64,000 nt of DNA from Octopus vulgaris (taxonomy: Eukaryota): positions 43,152,001 to 43,216,000 of the forward strand of contig OX597823.1 of the NCBI GenBank assembly GCA_951406725.2, given 5' to 3'. Shown in pieces: positions 12,100 to 25,962 of this stretch (position 1 is its first letter; every line of letters starts with the position of its first letter). The notes under the pieces were generated by a model, which searched no databases, was not told where the DNA came from, and worked only from the letters and a program-made list of their open reading frames with translations. The translations under genes and the position numbers were made by a program.

Positions 12100-13405
12100 G
12101 CAAGCGGAGTTACACAATCGTCAGAAAAAACAGAGGAATTTTGTTTCTTGATGTTCCTAGTTGCACAGGTAAAACATTTGTAACATTGCTTCTTTCCAAT
12201 GTCAGGCCGCAAAAAAGAGTTGCAGTTGCTGTACTATTGTCCGGCTTTGCTGTCACCATTCTCCCAGGGGTACGAACAGCTCATCCGCTTTTAAATTACT
12301 ACTAAACCTGGTCACAAGTGACAGTCCAATTTGTAGCATAAGCAAAGATGCAGGTTCAGCAAAAGTGTTGTGATAATGCCACCTTATCAGTTGGGCAGGA
12401 TGCACCATGTCACATGGAGGTGCAATGGAAGCTCTTGGCAAGACCTTACAAGACATCAGAGGCAACAATAAATCGAAGGATGGAGTTACATTAGTTTTAT
12501 CAGGAGACTTCAGACAGACATTACCAGTCATTCTGAGTCCAAGAATATTTAATGAAATAAAAACATGCATTAAGTCTTCACACCTTTGGAATAAAGTACA
12601 GAAATTCTCCTTCAGTACTAACGCTCGAGCTTCATTACATGACGACCAATGTGCAAAACAGTTTTCAACCTGGCTCCTCCAGTTAGGAAATGCGGAAGTA
12701 CCGTTTGATGGGAATGGTGATATCAGTTTGGCTTATATTGCTATCATGGTGAATTCCCTAGCTCAACTGAAGAACCGGGGATTGCCAGACTTAAGTAACA
12801 ATTATAATTCACATAAATGATTGTGTGAAAGGGCAATACTTACTCAAATAAAGGCGACAGTAGCAAAGATTAACCGTGAATTAATGAATAAGATTACGAC
12901 AGTCATTAAGAAGTACAAATCAGTTGAATCAGTCCCTGATAAAAATCAAGCTGTCTACAACCCAATAGAGTTCCTTAATTCTATTGAGCCACTTCGAATT
13001 CCTCGACATAAACTTTTTCTGAAGGTGGGAGTCCCAATGATGCTTCTAAGAAATTTAGATCCTCCTAAATAATACAATTGGATAAGGTTGAAGACATTAT
13101 CACCTAATGTCACAGAAGCTACCGTCATCACTGGGTGTGTCTCTGGAGAAGACGTGTTCAATCCAAGAATTCCAATTAAACCAACGGACATGCCATTTGA
13201 GTTCAAAAGAACACAATTCCCAGTGCGACTTTGCTTTGCAATGTCCATTAATAAAGCTCAATACCAGTCTTTGAAATGTACTGGCTTGCTTTTCTTATGG
13301 TCAACTTTATGTTGGTTGCTCGAGGGTAGGTAGATTGCAAGACTTATTTGTCTATGCTCCAAATTAGAAAATAAAGAATGTTGTTTACCAAGAACCTCTT
13401 ACATA
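12100..13405 (+). pseudogene. Helitron Rep/Hel PIF1-type helicase pseudogene
   Basis: Ordered motifs FLDVPSCTGKTF (Walker A), PGVRTAH, LSGDFRQTLPVI, LKVGVPMMLLRNLDPPK, RTQFPVRLCFAMSINKAQ and GQLYVGCSRVG across frameshifts and stops. Confidence 0.92.
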
Positions 13406-13489
13406 ATTTCCTTCAACATATGTGATAGAATTTCTCATTTCATATAAGTGGTAAATTTTATATCATCCTCATCATCATCATCATCATCA

Positions 13490-13533
<44 letters not shown>

Positions 13534-14520
13534 GCATTATGAATTCAGAATTGATTTATTAATTAAAGAATAAATTGTATCCCAGTTGAAGACTAATTTG
13601 AATTTAGAATAACAAATTTCTGTACAACATAATTTGCCTTTTTCGGGGCTAGTGCAGTTTTGCACCTCTCCTTGAAAAATGCATTTTTTGAGAAAAAATA
13701 TTTTCGGATCCCTACGTTTTAGATGTCGGAAATTACGAATATGCAAATAAATCTTCTATAGGACCGCTACATGTAGTTGACAAATATATTTTATGAATAA
13801 ACATACAAGGATAAATTCAGAGTACAAGTTCAACATTTAAAATTGGTAGAGGGGGTGAAATTTGAGCCTCTGATTAAACTTTATAACATTAAGTATTAAA
13901 CATTAATGCTTGTTTCTCATAAAGCAGTGTATATTTAATTTATATGAAATTGTTGTTTACGATTATTTAAGGCAAACACAAGTAAAACGCAAATTCTTTC
14001 CACTTTAATGTTTTTCTGTCTATTTAATTTCGATTTGCATATGTACGTCAATTCCCTACGATCTCTTTAAACAAATTTTATGGAATGATGATTTCAAAGT
14101 AACATAATGAGCGAGGCTGTGTTATGCGTTTGTGAGAAAAATACACCTAAAAATATTTAGTGATCATATTAATTTGTCAAATGTAATGCTTATTTTTACA
14201 TGTTATTTTGAATTATTCAGGTTCAATAGGAGTGTCCACAATATTTGCTTGTAACTTTGTAAATTTTATACATACAGATTTGAAATTTTGTCAGTGGGTG
14301 CTATATATACCGAACGTATATAGTTATGTACTTTTAGCAGATCTTGGTGAGTAAAATTCAAATATAGGTATAATTGATACAAGATTTTATTCTTTCTCTA
14401 AATATGTTTTACCTCAGTGTGGAATAATTTTTGTCCAATTTTTTTCGGGTGCATTCAAATCCAGGCAGGGCCAAACGAGGTCCATATATATATGGGATAT
14501 GGATATATAAATATATATAT

Positions 14521-14559
<39 letters not shown>

Positions 14560-14579
14560 TACATACATATGGTACATAC

Positions 14580-14655
<76 letters not shown>

Positions 14656-15289
14656 CAACTACGGCAGTAGTTGAATAATATTCTTAACGTAGCATTTTTG
14701 TCGCAGTCGGCGTCTTTCAAGGAGACTCAATAATTCAGTTTTTATCTAAATCAAATCTAGTCTATTGAAATATGTTGACTAGTGATAAGCTACACTTAGA
14801 TATAAAATACTTAAAATCTGGTGCAGTAGAACAAAAGTTAAGAGAAAAATGTATAGACCAAACTGGTTGACTGACGGATAGTAACGCCCGAGATAGACAC
14901 TTTGGAATCCGCGCCATTCTTTTAATTATTATATTGATATTGATATGAAAGAGAAATGTTAAAGAAATATATTGGTAACGGTTTCGTAAAATTTTATTCA
15001 TTAGAAAAAAGATACTTAATTTTAATTCTCAAATTTTTATCAATTTTTGCGTGATATTAAAGGGATGCTACTCATATATGAACTAAACTATTTCTAAGGC
15101 GCACACACAACAAAAGATAAAAGACAACACAAATCAATACAATGAGTTCTAATATTTATTTTCATTAGTCTAAATTATTTTCTTTTTAAATTAAATTTTT
15201 TTGCTTAATTTTTTGTAATGTGGCTTTTTAAAGTCCATTTTTGAATAAATTATTGTTATAACAAGATTACTTAATAGAATATTTTTTAT

Positions 15290-15745
15290 TCTTTTTGATT
15301 TTGTCTATATGAGCAGTACGGAATCATGTAGTAGGACTGTGCAGAAAAGGAAAATTACAAAATTTCGAATATTTTAATAGTCAATTTTCACTATTTTTGA
15401 ATTTTCAAGCATGGGGGTTGATTATCTGCATGCTAAAAATGACTTTACTTATAATTTATTTATTACTTTTATAGTAAATACAATATGGTTATTTGTGGCT
15501 TTGTCTCTATGAGAAGTACTGAAGTCTGTAGTAAGGCCGTTCAGAAAAGGCAAATGCTACTTGAATTTATATTCTATTCAATATTAATTTATTTAAAATA
15601 AAGTCATTCTATCAAATTTGTATCCTCATTTATTTTTCATTATTTAAAAAATTCTTTGAATATATTCATTTGTAACTTGGGCCCTGTACAGTACCGAAAT
15701 TACAGTACGTATATTATGCCTAGAAAAGGCAAAGTTGCAAGGAAT
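15290..15745 (+). repeat. Degenerate tandem repeat, about 200-bp period, three units
   Basis: Block tttgtct-tatgag-agtac-gaa..tgtagta-g..cagaaaagg-aaa recurs near 15300, 15500 and 15690. Confidence 0.6.
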
Positions 15746-15887
15746 ATCATTCATTTTTAATTTAATGTCTAAATGAGAATTAATCAAATGAAAGCATATA
15801 AATTTTGTTTGAATTTTCTTGGAAGATTTTGAATTCAAAAATAAAACTTTACTATTACTGCAATGCCTCTAAAAATACTGGACTAAC

Positions 15888-16236
15888 CAATGAAAAATGC
15901 AGACGCATACTAACAATATTCTTAACAATTAAACTTGTAAGAGCAGAGGTCAAGAAAAATCTCAATAAAATTAGAGCTTATAATATTGCTAAAATGAAAA
16001 TTTAAATTATGTTATATTAATTCATTTTGTACAAAAAATAAAATTTAAATTAAAAATTGAAAAGTGAAATTAATTGAATTTTTTTAAAATATGAAAAATT
16101 ACCGAAGAGGTCCTTTTTAATTTTAATTTCAGCAGCAATATTTTAAACTCTAATTCTAAGAAGTTTTTTCTTGTCCTCTACTTTACCAGGATTAATTGTT
16201 AAAAATATTGCTAATATGCGTCCGCAATTTTCATTG
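15888..16236. repeat. Diverged fold-back element (arms ~15888-16006 and ~16116-16236)
   Basis: caatgaaaaatgcagacgcatactaacaatatt.. is the reverse complement of ..aatattgctaatatgcgtccgcaattttcattg; a third arm start lies at 16263 after (TA)n. Confidence 0.8.
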
Positions 16237-16477
16237 ACTATTATATATATATATATAATAATCAATGAAAATTGCTGACGCAATTTATATATACATATAT
16301 GTATGCATGCATGCATATACATATAGAGAGAGAGAAAGAGAGAGATATACACATATAAAGTTAGATAGGTATGCATATATATATATATGTATGTGTGTGC
16401 GGGTGTATATATATATATATATGTATATATATATGTATATATATATATAAATGCACACATATACATACATACACATA

Positions 16478-16855
16478 GGCGCAGGAGTGGATGTGTAGTA
16501 AATAGCTTGCTATCCAACCCCATGGTTCCGGCTTCAGTCCCACGGCGTGGTACCTAGGGCAAATGTCTTCTACTATAGCCTCGGGTCGACCAAAGCCTTG
16601 TAAGTGGATTTGGTAGACGGAAACTGAAAGAATCCTGCATACATATGTATATGTTTGTGTATCTGTGTTTGTTTCCAACCGTCGTTTGACTGTTGGTGTG
16701 TTTACATTCCCGTCAGATAGCGTTTCGGCATTAAGTGGCCGATAGAAAAAGTACTGGGCTTACAAAGAATAAGTCCTGGGGTCGATTTGTTCGACTAAAG
16801 GCAGGATTCGAGCATTTTCGTAGTCAAATGACTGAACCAAGTAAAAGAATAAGAG
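16478..16855 (+). mobile_element. SINE family A copy
   Basis: Starts ggcgcaggagtgg and aligns with the other copies. Confidence 0.88.
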
Positions 16856-17071
16856 AATATACTCATACAGCTACAGCTCTTCTTCCTTCGTATCCAAAAG
16901 TTTGCATACAAGCCTCTGTTTTAATGCAGAAAGTTTATTGGTCTATAATATAAAACATTACAATGCTAATTCATGTTGCTAGTGTACATACACACACACA
17001 CACACACACACTCACTCACACACGCACACACATAAACATTTGACGTCGCGCACAAACACACACATATATGC

Positions 17072-17154
<83 letters not shown>

Positions 17155-17157
<3 letters not shown>

Positions 17158-17395
17158 TGTTTGCCACATAAATGAGGCGACCCATATAGGACGATGCTGC
17201 TGTTGTTTATAGCCCCAGGAATACATCTCGTCCAGCAGTGTCTGTGTCTGATTGATATTTGCGAAGGGAAATCATCGTTCCCATCTCTAGTCTTACGTGA
17301 TACACACAGACCCGGGTTTCTAGGTAGCAACCCGTCATTTGCGTGTGACAATCACCAGCTAGTGATGGGAGCACATTTCAAACGCAAAATATTAT
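17155..17395 (+). mobile_element. Short non-coding element with an antisense hammerhead; related copies at 21590-21750 (-) and 58986-59300
   Basis: Shared blocks tataggacga-tgctgc, tttagccc-agga and tgtgtc..tattt-cgaaggg. Confidence 0.6.
17303..17347 (-). ncRNA. Minimal type I hammerhead with decayed core
   Basis: Minus strand: CACACG-CAAATGA-CGGG ttgcta CCTA-GAAA-CCCGGG-TC-TGTGTG; 6-bp stem I, GUC triplet, U4 and G5 mutated. Confidence 0.65.
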
Positions 17396-17479
17396 ATGCT
17401 TTTTCCAGTAACAAACTGTCGCTGATCTCGAAAAAAGAGAAACAAATTTATATACATACACACAAGCAGACAGACGTAT

Positions 17480-18800
17480 ATAAGGTTGTATAGAATGTTC
17501 TCTGAAATATTTAGTGTCTATTTTAAAACAATGTCTTATTTAATACTACAGATTTAATCATCAATGTAATTTCTTATTGCGCATCACTACTTGCCGTTTG
17601 CTTGTAAGTTTTTGTAAGACTGATTAGTGAAAGTCGTAGAGTGTTGAAATAAAATATATATTTAAGTGATTTTTCTATGAGATGCCTGTTGGCAAAACTT
17701 TGTCGAAATTGTTTTGCAAAAATCTAAATAAGTGGAAGTCTCATGGAACAGAGCCTGAAGAATATTAAGATGTTAGACGTTTTTGTGTTCTGGTTTTCAA
17801 ATGGTATAAGGTTACGTGCATGGGGTAATGTGAAATCGAGCATTATCTTGATGAAAGAGAACGCTTCCTTGCTCTTTACTACGGCAGGTTGCTTTCTATC
17901 AAAAACAGTCTTCAAACATAATTTTTGTTACAGTAAATTTCAGAAGTCATCATTTGATTTGGACTTGAAAGGTAAATGTGAATTTTTCCTTCCGTATCTA
18001 ACCAAACAGCCAATAAAATTTCGTTGGGCAGAGCAGAAGTTCTTTCGTGGAGTGAATCAACAAAGAGGACTTCACCAGCACCATACACCAAGTTTTATTG
18101 AATGTTTGATTGACTACGAAAGAAGTATTTATTATGAGCTTTTAAGACCAAACTGAATGTTGACTTCTGTTTGAGGTCTGCTTTCGACAGAAAACATTCT
18201 GCCGTTATAAAGTGCCAAGGAGGATTCTATTTCCTCAAAATAATGCTCGACTTCACACTGTTCAAGTCACTAAAAATTATTTGGAATCGCTCAGATTGCA
18301 AAACGTCTACTATCTTCATATTCATCAGCCTCTTCTCTATCAGTCATCCACTCATTTAAATCTTTCCAAAACCATTTCGACAAGAAAAGTATAACTTACA
18401 AATGTCACATTAAAAATCATTTTCATATATTTTTGACTCTATCGCTCAAGGACTTAAAAACTTACAAACAAACGACAAATAGTGAAACATAATAAAGAAA
18501 TTACATATGATAACTGTTGACGAATTCCAGAGACGTTATGGTTTTCAAATGGTATAAAGTTACACGTATGGAGTAATTTTCAACAGTGAAACCTTTACTC
18601 GTATGTGTTCTGCTGAAAGAGTATGAGGATCCCTTTTTCAATACTTCAAAACTTTTCCTAGCTATAACGTACCCGAGTCGCTCCAAATGATTATGAATGG
18701 TTATAATAGCCGTATTAAATTCAGTGTAAAGCTCTATGACTGTTCTAGCAGGAATCCTAACAAGTGTTCCCTCAAGCAATTCGTCTTCCCGTTTAGAAGG
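17480..18800. mobile_element. Patchwork of decayed mariner fragments in both orientations
   Basis: ORFs 17724-17915(-) and 18171-18359(+) are paralogous; 18212-18394 has QNNARLH (HDNARPH-like) and 18501-18779(-) has TIHNHLERLGY. Confidence 0.7.
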
Positions 18801-19261
18801 ATGCCTAATAGATGATCATGAAACAAACTGAGGCTGAATATTAAAAGAAAAAACAATGTTTCCATGTTCTTTCATTTACAAGATCTTGACTGCATGTTAT
18901 CTTTAATATGTTTCACTTCCTCACTCGCATGAGGACCTTAAGAAAACTAGTAAAGCAGAATGTGACGAATATGTCCTTTGCTTGGTTCCATGGTATGTTC
19001 TTTAAATACGAAAATATTGACCTAGAATATGCCTCTTTCTGCACCACGGTAAATCATAGTTTCAGCTAATGCCTCCAATATTGATGACTTCTGCCAGAAA
19101 TAAAACCAAGTTTTCAATAGGTTCAAACACACAATCCAATAAAACTATCTATGGAGCGGGACTCGTATACTCGCGCGCGTACACAAGATATTATACGCAT
19201 ATGTGTAATAAATGCATATATGCGTGAGTATATATATGTGTGAGTATATATATATGTGTGA

Positions 19262-19313
<52 letters not shown>

Positions 19314-19326
19314 GTATATATAAAGA

Positions 19327-20351
19327 TATCGGGTCTAGTCAAATAATTTCTGCTTTTCCGAAGTAAATTGTAACGACGCATTTCGAACTACCATTTTTAG
19401 AAGAACTTTATTTCTCACTCATATGAAAGCTGTTAAAGCGTGAACAGTGACAGCTAACTAAAAAATAGCCTGTATGGCCAAGGTGTCATTACTGATAGAT
19501 TAGTTTTCAAAGTTTCGTTCCGGAGATTTATCATTGAGAAATCAACCCAGATCAGGACGCTGATTAGACTTCGATCAAAATGCTTTAAGAGAATTAATAG
19601 AATGCAATCCTCATAAAAATACTTGAGAATTAGCAATTGACCTCAATACATCCCAATCCAGCTTTTGCCGCCACTTGGAAAAGATAGGGAATCTCAGCTT
19701 GGGGTTCTCATACTCTTTAGTGCGAAAAACAAAGATTGCATATCCATAACGACAAGTTTTCTTTCAAGGCAAAGAATTTATCTGTTTCTCAATTACAGGA
19801 GATGAAAAATGAGACTTTTATGACAATAGTAAACGCGAAAGGAAGTGGATTAACAAGAATAAATCTCTACAACCTACCTCAAAGGCTGGACTCCAGGGAA
19901 GGAATTTTATGTAGTGTGTATGGTGGGATCAGCGCGGTATTATTCATTTTGAGATTTTAAACCACAACCAAAGACTAAATGCCGATTTATACTTTCAACA
20001 GCTGCAACTTTTACTTGAAAATCTTTTAAGCACACGTCAACAGGTGAAACGTTATGCTGCTTCAAGATAACGCAAAACCACATTCAGCAAGAATCACGAA
20101 GGATAAAATATTTGATTTGGGCTGGTCGGTTCTATCCAATCCACTATATTTACCAGATCTTTCACCAACTGATTTCTATATTTTTCGGTCTCTACAAAAT
20201 GCTCTGATGGGGAAAATATTTTTTTCTGTGGGATCAGATGAAAACGCATGTGGAAAGCTTATAAAGATAATTTTAAACAGTACTTTGTAAATATTTTTCA
20301 TGACTAAAGGTGTTTAACAAGATCTGAATTTTTTAATGACTCAACCCAATA
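19327..20351 (+). mobile_element. Decayed mariner element
   Basis: TIR-like ends tatcgggtctagtca / tgactcaacccaata; ORF with LQDNAKPH and WSVLSNPLYLPDLSPTDFYIFRSLQNAL. Confidence 0.88.
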
Positions 20352-20693
20352 TATATGTATGTATGTGCAGGTGAACAGGTAAATATGTGTGTGTGTCGTG
20401 TGTGTATATGTACAGGTTGATATACATACATTTATATGTTAATGTATGTTTGTATACTTATACATACATACATATAGATATATCTCATATGTATATATTT
20501 ACGGGAAGATAGATAAATAAATCGATGAAGAACCTCATTTTCATATGTCCATATGCATAGGCAGAAGTACGTATATATATATGTGTGTGTGTGTGTGTGT
20601 ATGTATACCTCTCTCTCACTCTCTCTTTATATATATGTACATACATACCCATGTATATGTTAATGTATGTATACACACGCACACATACATATA

Positions 20694-20727
<34 letters not shown>

Positions 20728-21589
20728 ATCCATACATATAGGAATATATGTGTGTATAAACACTTATCAATATCACCTGATTGTATCAACTTAACGCTAT
20801 TTTTCTATATTACATACTTTACTGTATTACAGATTGTATGCCTAACTATATCATATTATTAATATTTAACTATATTACTGCGAAATTTATTTATCTATCT
20901 TCTATATTATCATTTTGGAGACATTCTCTAATGAATAATAATTGTATTTTCAACAAGTGATTCTATGTCTTGTGTGTGTTTGGTTTACCATAGATTATAT
21001 AATACTGGAAGAGTTGTATGCAGCAGGTGCAGGTTTCAGTCGAATGCGTGATAATGCTAATCTCGTAACGAACAATTAGGTTCGTGAAGCTAACAGCTTT
21101 CATGTTTCTAACTAGATTTATTTATAACTTGGGTCATTTATATATAATTTACATCATCACACATACTGTCATGCATATGTATAATACACGTTACAGAATG
21201 AGAATATCCCGTGCTGTTATATTGCATTCTATGTTATTTTTCTGTCCTGCCATAAAAGCCTATAATTCCTTTGTGTTTTCCCTTCTAATTTAGTTGGGAT
21301 TTGTTAGGAGCTTTGTGGGTGTACGAAGAGCTTCTTTCTAACTTGTTGATATATTTTCAGTTTAAATCAAATTTGGATATCTGCTCATTCTTAACAGACT
21401 TTCCTTCGTAGTAATTTTACAAAATTTAATATTCTTCGTGCCTGACTTCTCTAGCTTACTTATCCATGCACTCACGCATACAAACAAGTCTAAATATATC
21501 CGTAATGCTCATCAGCCAAAGTCGCAGACGATATTTCAAGTCGTTGGCTGCAATGCAATGTTATATATATATATATATATATATACTTG

Positions 21590-21750
21590 ACCAGCAAGGG
21601 GAAGAGGCTGACCTCCCCAGTTCGAAGGTTATAATGGACACAGGTTAGTGTGTCACATAGCTAACTAAAGGCGATGGCCTCTTGGAGCTAATCAGCGGCA
21701 GCATTCGTCCTATATTTCTGGACTGCCACATTAGCTTGGCGATAACTATT
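21590..21750 (-). mobile_element. Truncated copy of the 17155/58986 family (hairpin-forming part)
   Basis: Reverse complement contains tataggacgaatgctgccgctgattagc; nested pairings agctaat/attagct, ggca/tgcc, gtcc/ggac. Confidence 0.5.
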
Positions 21751-21799
21751 AATATCCAGTACCGCTGCTGAAGTCTCTTTTAGAGAGACTGAGAAATAA

Positions 21800-21895
<96 letters not shown>

Positions 21896-21925
21896 TGATA
21901 GATAGATAGATACATACATACATAT

Positions 21926-21956
<31 letters not shown>

Positions 21957-22004
21957 CATACATACATACATACATACATGCATACATACAAACAAACATA
22001 TACG

Positions 22005-22032
<28 letters not shown>

Positions 22033-22036
<4 letters not shown>

Positions 22037-22212
22037 TAATCCAAACAAGAAAACACAGAAAAAAAGAGAAAAAAACACAGCAACGCAGGACGTGGAACAA
22101 TTAAAGTATTATTGACGCTCAGGAAAGAAGAGAAGGAGGGTTTAACGTTTCGAGCGGAGCTCTTCGTCGGAAACAAGGAGAAGGAAAGATCCCAAGGAGG
22201 GAAGACAGAGGA
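22033..22212 (-). mobile_element. PLE pseudo-LTR-like 3' fragment between (TA)n tracts, same family as 36760-36960
   Basis: Shares gggatcttt, the HHR motif, ttcctgagcg..aataatact and gtttggattaa terminus with 36760-36960. Confidence 0.75.
22140..22174 (-). ncRNA. Minimal hammerhead-like motif with CCGACGA core
   Basis: Minus strand: GTTT-CCGACGA-A-GAGC tcc GCTC-GAAA-CG-TT-AAAC; 4-bp stem I, palindromic AACGTT stem III, GUU triplet. Confidence 0.7.
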
Positions 22213-23435
22213 GATATATATATATATAAGGTAAGCAGAGTTATATGAAACCGACTAAGGGGTGAAGTATCTATATTTACTATCGGTATCAGTTACCTGT
22301 GTTGTCATGTCATGTTTTGTATTAAAAAATAATCTACAGATGAGGCCCAATTGATTTCTTTGTTGATCTAAAGTTTTCTCCATTTTCTGATTACTTATAT
22401 ATGTATATACTGAGAGAGAATATGAGGGGTTTAGCTCACTTTTGATCTAAACGAATAGGTACGCTGAGTAAGGGCTATGGTTGGTCGACCATTAGGTTCC
22501 AAGATCACAGCTAGGGCTGGATTTATGGATCCGCGTCAGGGATCCGGTATCCAAGAAACAGCTGCAAGCACTTTAAATTCACCTTACCCTAATTAGATTT
22601 TATTTTTCGTCTAATATAATTTGTATACGTAAATGTGTAATGGTGTCTGTCTGTGTGTGTTTGGGGTCACTCTAACTCCTCCCACATAGTTCAACCGATT
22701 GTAATGATGTTTGGCACATAGGTATGTCACACGTCCTGAAGTTCAAATACGGCCATAATTTTTTCGAAGACTCGATTTTTGTGAGCTCAATCGGGCGTTT
22801 GAATGGAACTTTTCATAACGATGTTATTTTTCCTGCAACACGGAACCAAACAAGTGCTTGGAGGAGGTAGTGCTGCTCTGGGTCAAGAGGCTGGCCGCTG
22901 GAAGACCCTACATCTGGCATCTAAATGGGTATGTAAATATGTATGTTTGTATGTGTGTGTGTGTACTCAACGTACCATGAATACGAACAAATGCGGCCGA
23001 ATATCGTACTTGTTGAGCATATATAACTGTTTCATACACATACACATACACAGACACAGACACAGATACACAGACACTCACATACGCACACACACACACC
23101 AATATATATATACATATGTATTAGTATATATGTGTGTGTGTGTTTTTGTGGTCGGTGGGGATGGATGTGATTGAAATTCGACCGTCGCATGCAGGTGTTA
23201 AGTTAAATAGAAATAATAAACAGAACATTGCTACTTCTTTATAATATAAAATTTATGCGCTTATACTCATATCCATACGTGATTAAATGTATGTGTATGA
23301 GTGTGTTTGTGTGTGTGTGTGTTAACATACATTCCCAAATCCTGTCATTAATCAGCAAATAAATACACAATAAAATATATCCATGCTGCTAGCAATACCT
23401 TGGCTACTATATGTAAGGTAAATAGAATTTGTGAA

Positions 23436-23853
23436 GACGGCGAACTGGCAGACACGTCAGCGCGCCGGGCGATATGGTTAGCGTTATTTCGTCCGCCGCT
23501 ACGTTCTGAGTTCAAATTCCGCCGAGGTCAATTTTGCTTTTCATCCTTTCGGTGTCGATAAATTAAGTACCAGTTACACACTGGGGTCGATATAATCGAC
23601 TTAATCCGTTTGTCTGTCCTTGTTCCTCTTCTCTGTGTTTAGATCCCTGTGGGTAGTAAAGAAATAGGTATTTCGTCTGTCGTTACGTTCTGAGTTCAAA
23701 TTCCGCCGAGATCGACTTTGCCTTTCATCCTTTCGGGGTCGATAAATAAAGTACCACTTTCGCCCTGAGGGGGTCAATGTAATTGAGTTAATCCTTTTGT
23801 CTGTCCTTGTTTGTCCCCTCTATATTTAGCCCCTTGTGGGCAGTAAAGAAATA
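23436..23853 (+). mobile_element. SINE family B, head plus duplicated body
   Basis: ggcgaactggcag head and gagttcaaattcc B-box; the body is repeated from ~23668; tail taaagaaata. Confidence 0.87.
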
Positions 23854-24134
23854 TATAATAATCATTTGTAGCACGTGCTTAGATGTATTCGGGAATCGTA
23901 GAAAGTAGACTATGACGCAAACCATTTATATGTAATAAACGAATAGGAATTATTAAGAGCAATCCTGGTTGGCAACATTGGAGGTGCTGAAGACTTTATG
24001 ATCCGTGGTCGAAATCTGAAAGGAAAGACATACGACAACGACTAGATATCATTAATTAAAAAATAAAATAGCCGCCGTAGTAGAAGCTGCAGCAAGAGCA
24101 GCAATACCAGTAACTGAAGCAACAACAGCAGCAG

Positions 24135-24330
24135 TGGAGGTGCAATGGCTCAGTGGTTAGGGCAGGGGACTTGCGGTCGTAAAAACGCGGTTTCGATTCC
24201 CAAACCGGGCATTGTTGGTGTTTATTGAGCAAAAACACCTCAGCTCTACGAGGCTCCGGCGGGTGAGGGTAGTGAACCCCGCTGTACACTTTCACCACAA
24301 CTTTCTGTCATTCTTTCTTCCTACTTCTGC
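24135..24330 (+). mobile_element. SINE family C, 5' part
   Basis: Aligns with 9952-10140. Confidence 0.85.
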
Positions 24331-24513
24331 TACAAAGCAGAGGAACCCTGTTGTAACCCACTATGGTGTGGTAAACATTCAGACCCTAGTCTAGATTGCG
24401 AATCCTCTGTATCCCATTATTAACTATAACTATAGTTATAGTTAATATCTAACTTTACGATAGGCAAATTCCAGCATACTCCTATATATATATATATATG
24501 TGTGTATTTGTGT

Positions 24514-24851
24514 GTATACATACATACATACATACATACATACATACATACATACATACATACATACATACATACATACATACATACATACATACATACA
24601 TACATACATACATACATACATACATACATACATACATACATACATACATACATACATACATACATACATACATACATACATACATACATACATACATACA
24701 TACATACATACATACATACATACATACATACATACATACATACATACATACATACATACATACATACATACATACATACATACATACATACATACATACA
24801 TACATACATACATACATACATACATACATACATACATACATACATACATAC
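24514..24851. repeat. Perfect (TACA)n microsatellite, ~340 bp
   Basis: Direct reading; source of six spurious ORFs. Confidence 0.98.
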
Positions 24852-25496
24852 TGAATGAGGAAAATGGAAAATGAAGTTTGCAAGGATCTCTATTCAACAC
24901 AACCATCGTTTCGATCCATCCTGCATCTATCCCTTTCGGGTGGGATACTGTACAATTGGTTGTGATGCATCTATCAATGCAGAATACATCTAATAGTTTG
25001 TCTTATTTTAAATAATATATTTCGCTACATATAGTCAATGTCGCTTGGCAAAACTAGGAATGACATTAGGTAGCCTAAACAGTGAATGTGCTTTAATCAG
25101 CGTACTACTAATCATATACCCAAGGTCTAAATAATTACTTGTGTGCATGTGTGTGTGTCTTTGTATATGTATGGGTGTATGTATATGTACATAAATGCTT
25201 CGCTTAAGGTATTGAGAAATTTGAATAAGTACTTAAGAAAGAGATGTTATGTTAATCGCATCTCCTCCTTGCAATGCTTATCACGTCCATCCAATAAACG
25301 AAAGATGTGTTGATCGATACCCGTAAGTTTACTTCGTTAATGTTTTTCCGGCTTCAAGCTGGGGCATATTAGCCTATATACACAGTACTGTAGTTCCATT
25401 TGTATAGTAGCAGTTTCAGATATACATATAGACACAGAATTACATAGTCATAGGTGAAATAGCATGAATGCAACAACACGAATAGGAGATAGACAC

Positions 25497-25808
25497 TGGC
25501 ATTCTGCCGGTTACGACAAGGGTTCTAGTTGATCCGATCAACGGAACAGTCTGCTCGTGAACTTAACGTGCAGGTGGCTGGGCACTCCACAAACGCTAAT
25601 GCCCTTCGTGTAGTTCTCAGGAAGATTCAGGGTGTCATAGAATGTCACATGGCTGGCCTTTTGAATTGCAGACACAACTCATTTTTGCTAACTTAATGGA
25701 CTTGAGTTGCATCAAATAAAGTGCCCAGCCCAAGGATACAGCGTACCAGCGGGAATCAAAAGCACGACTTTACGATCCTGAGATGAATATTCTAACTACG
25801 TGCTTTCA
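25497..25808 (-). mobile_element. tRNA-derived SINE family D
   Basis: Reverse complement of 28907-29218 (gttgatccgatcaac, gtaaccg). Confidence 0.82.
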
Positions 25809-25887
25809 AACAAACAACCAAACACACACACACGTCCACGCACACATAAACACACATTTACATATATATAAGTGCATGTGTATATAT

Positions 25888-25928
<41 letters not shown>

Positions 25929-25930
25929 CG

Positions 25931-25962
<32 letters not shown>

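Noticed and set aside
14976-15004. Minus-strand CTAATGA..GAAACCGTTA
   Set aside because: Mutated core and no stem I; possibly a relic but not supportable.
22516-22566. Hairpin followed by GAAACAGCTGCA, like the 5852 motif
   Set aside because: No CUGANGA half is present.
24420-24906. MYVC/HTYI repeat ORFs, and similar YIYI/YLSI ORFs throughout the window
   Set aside because: Pure microsatellite artefacts.
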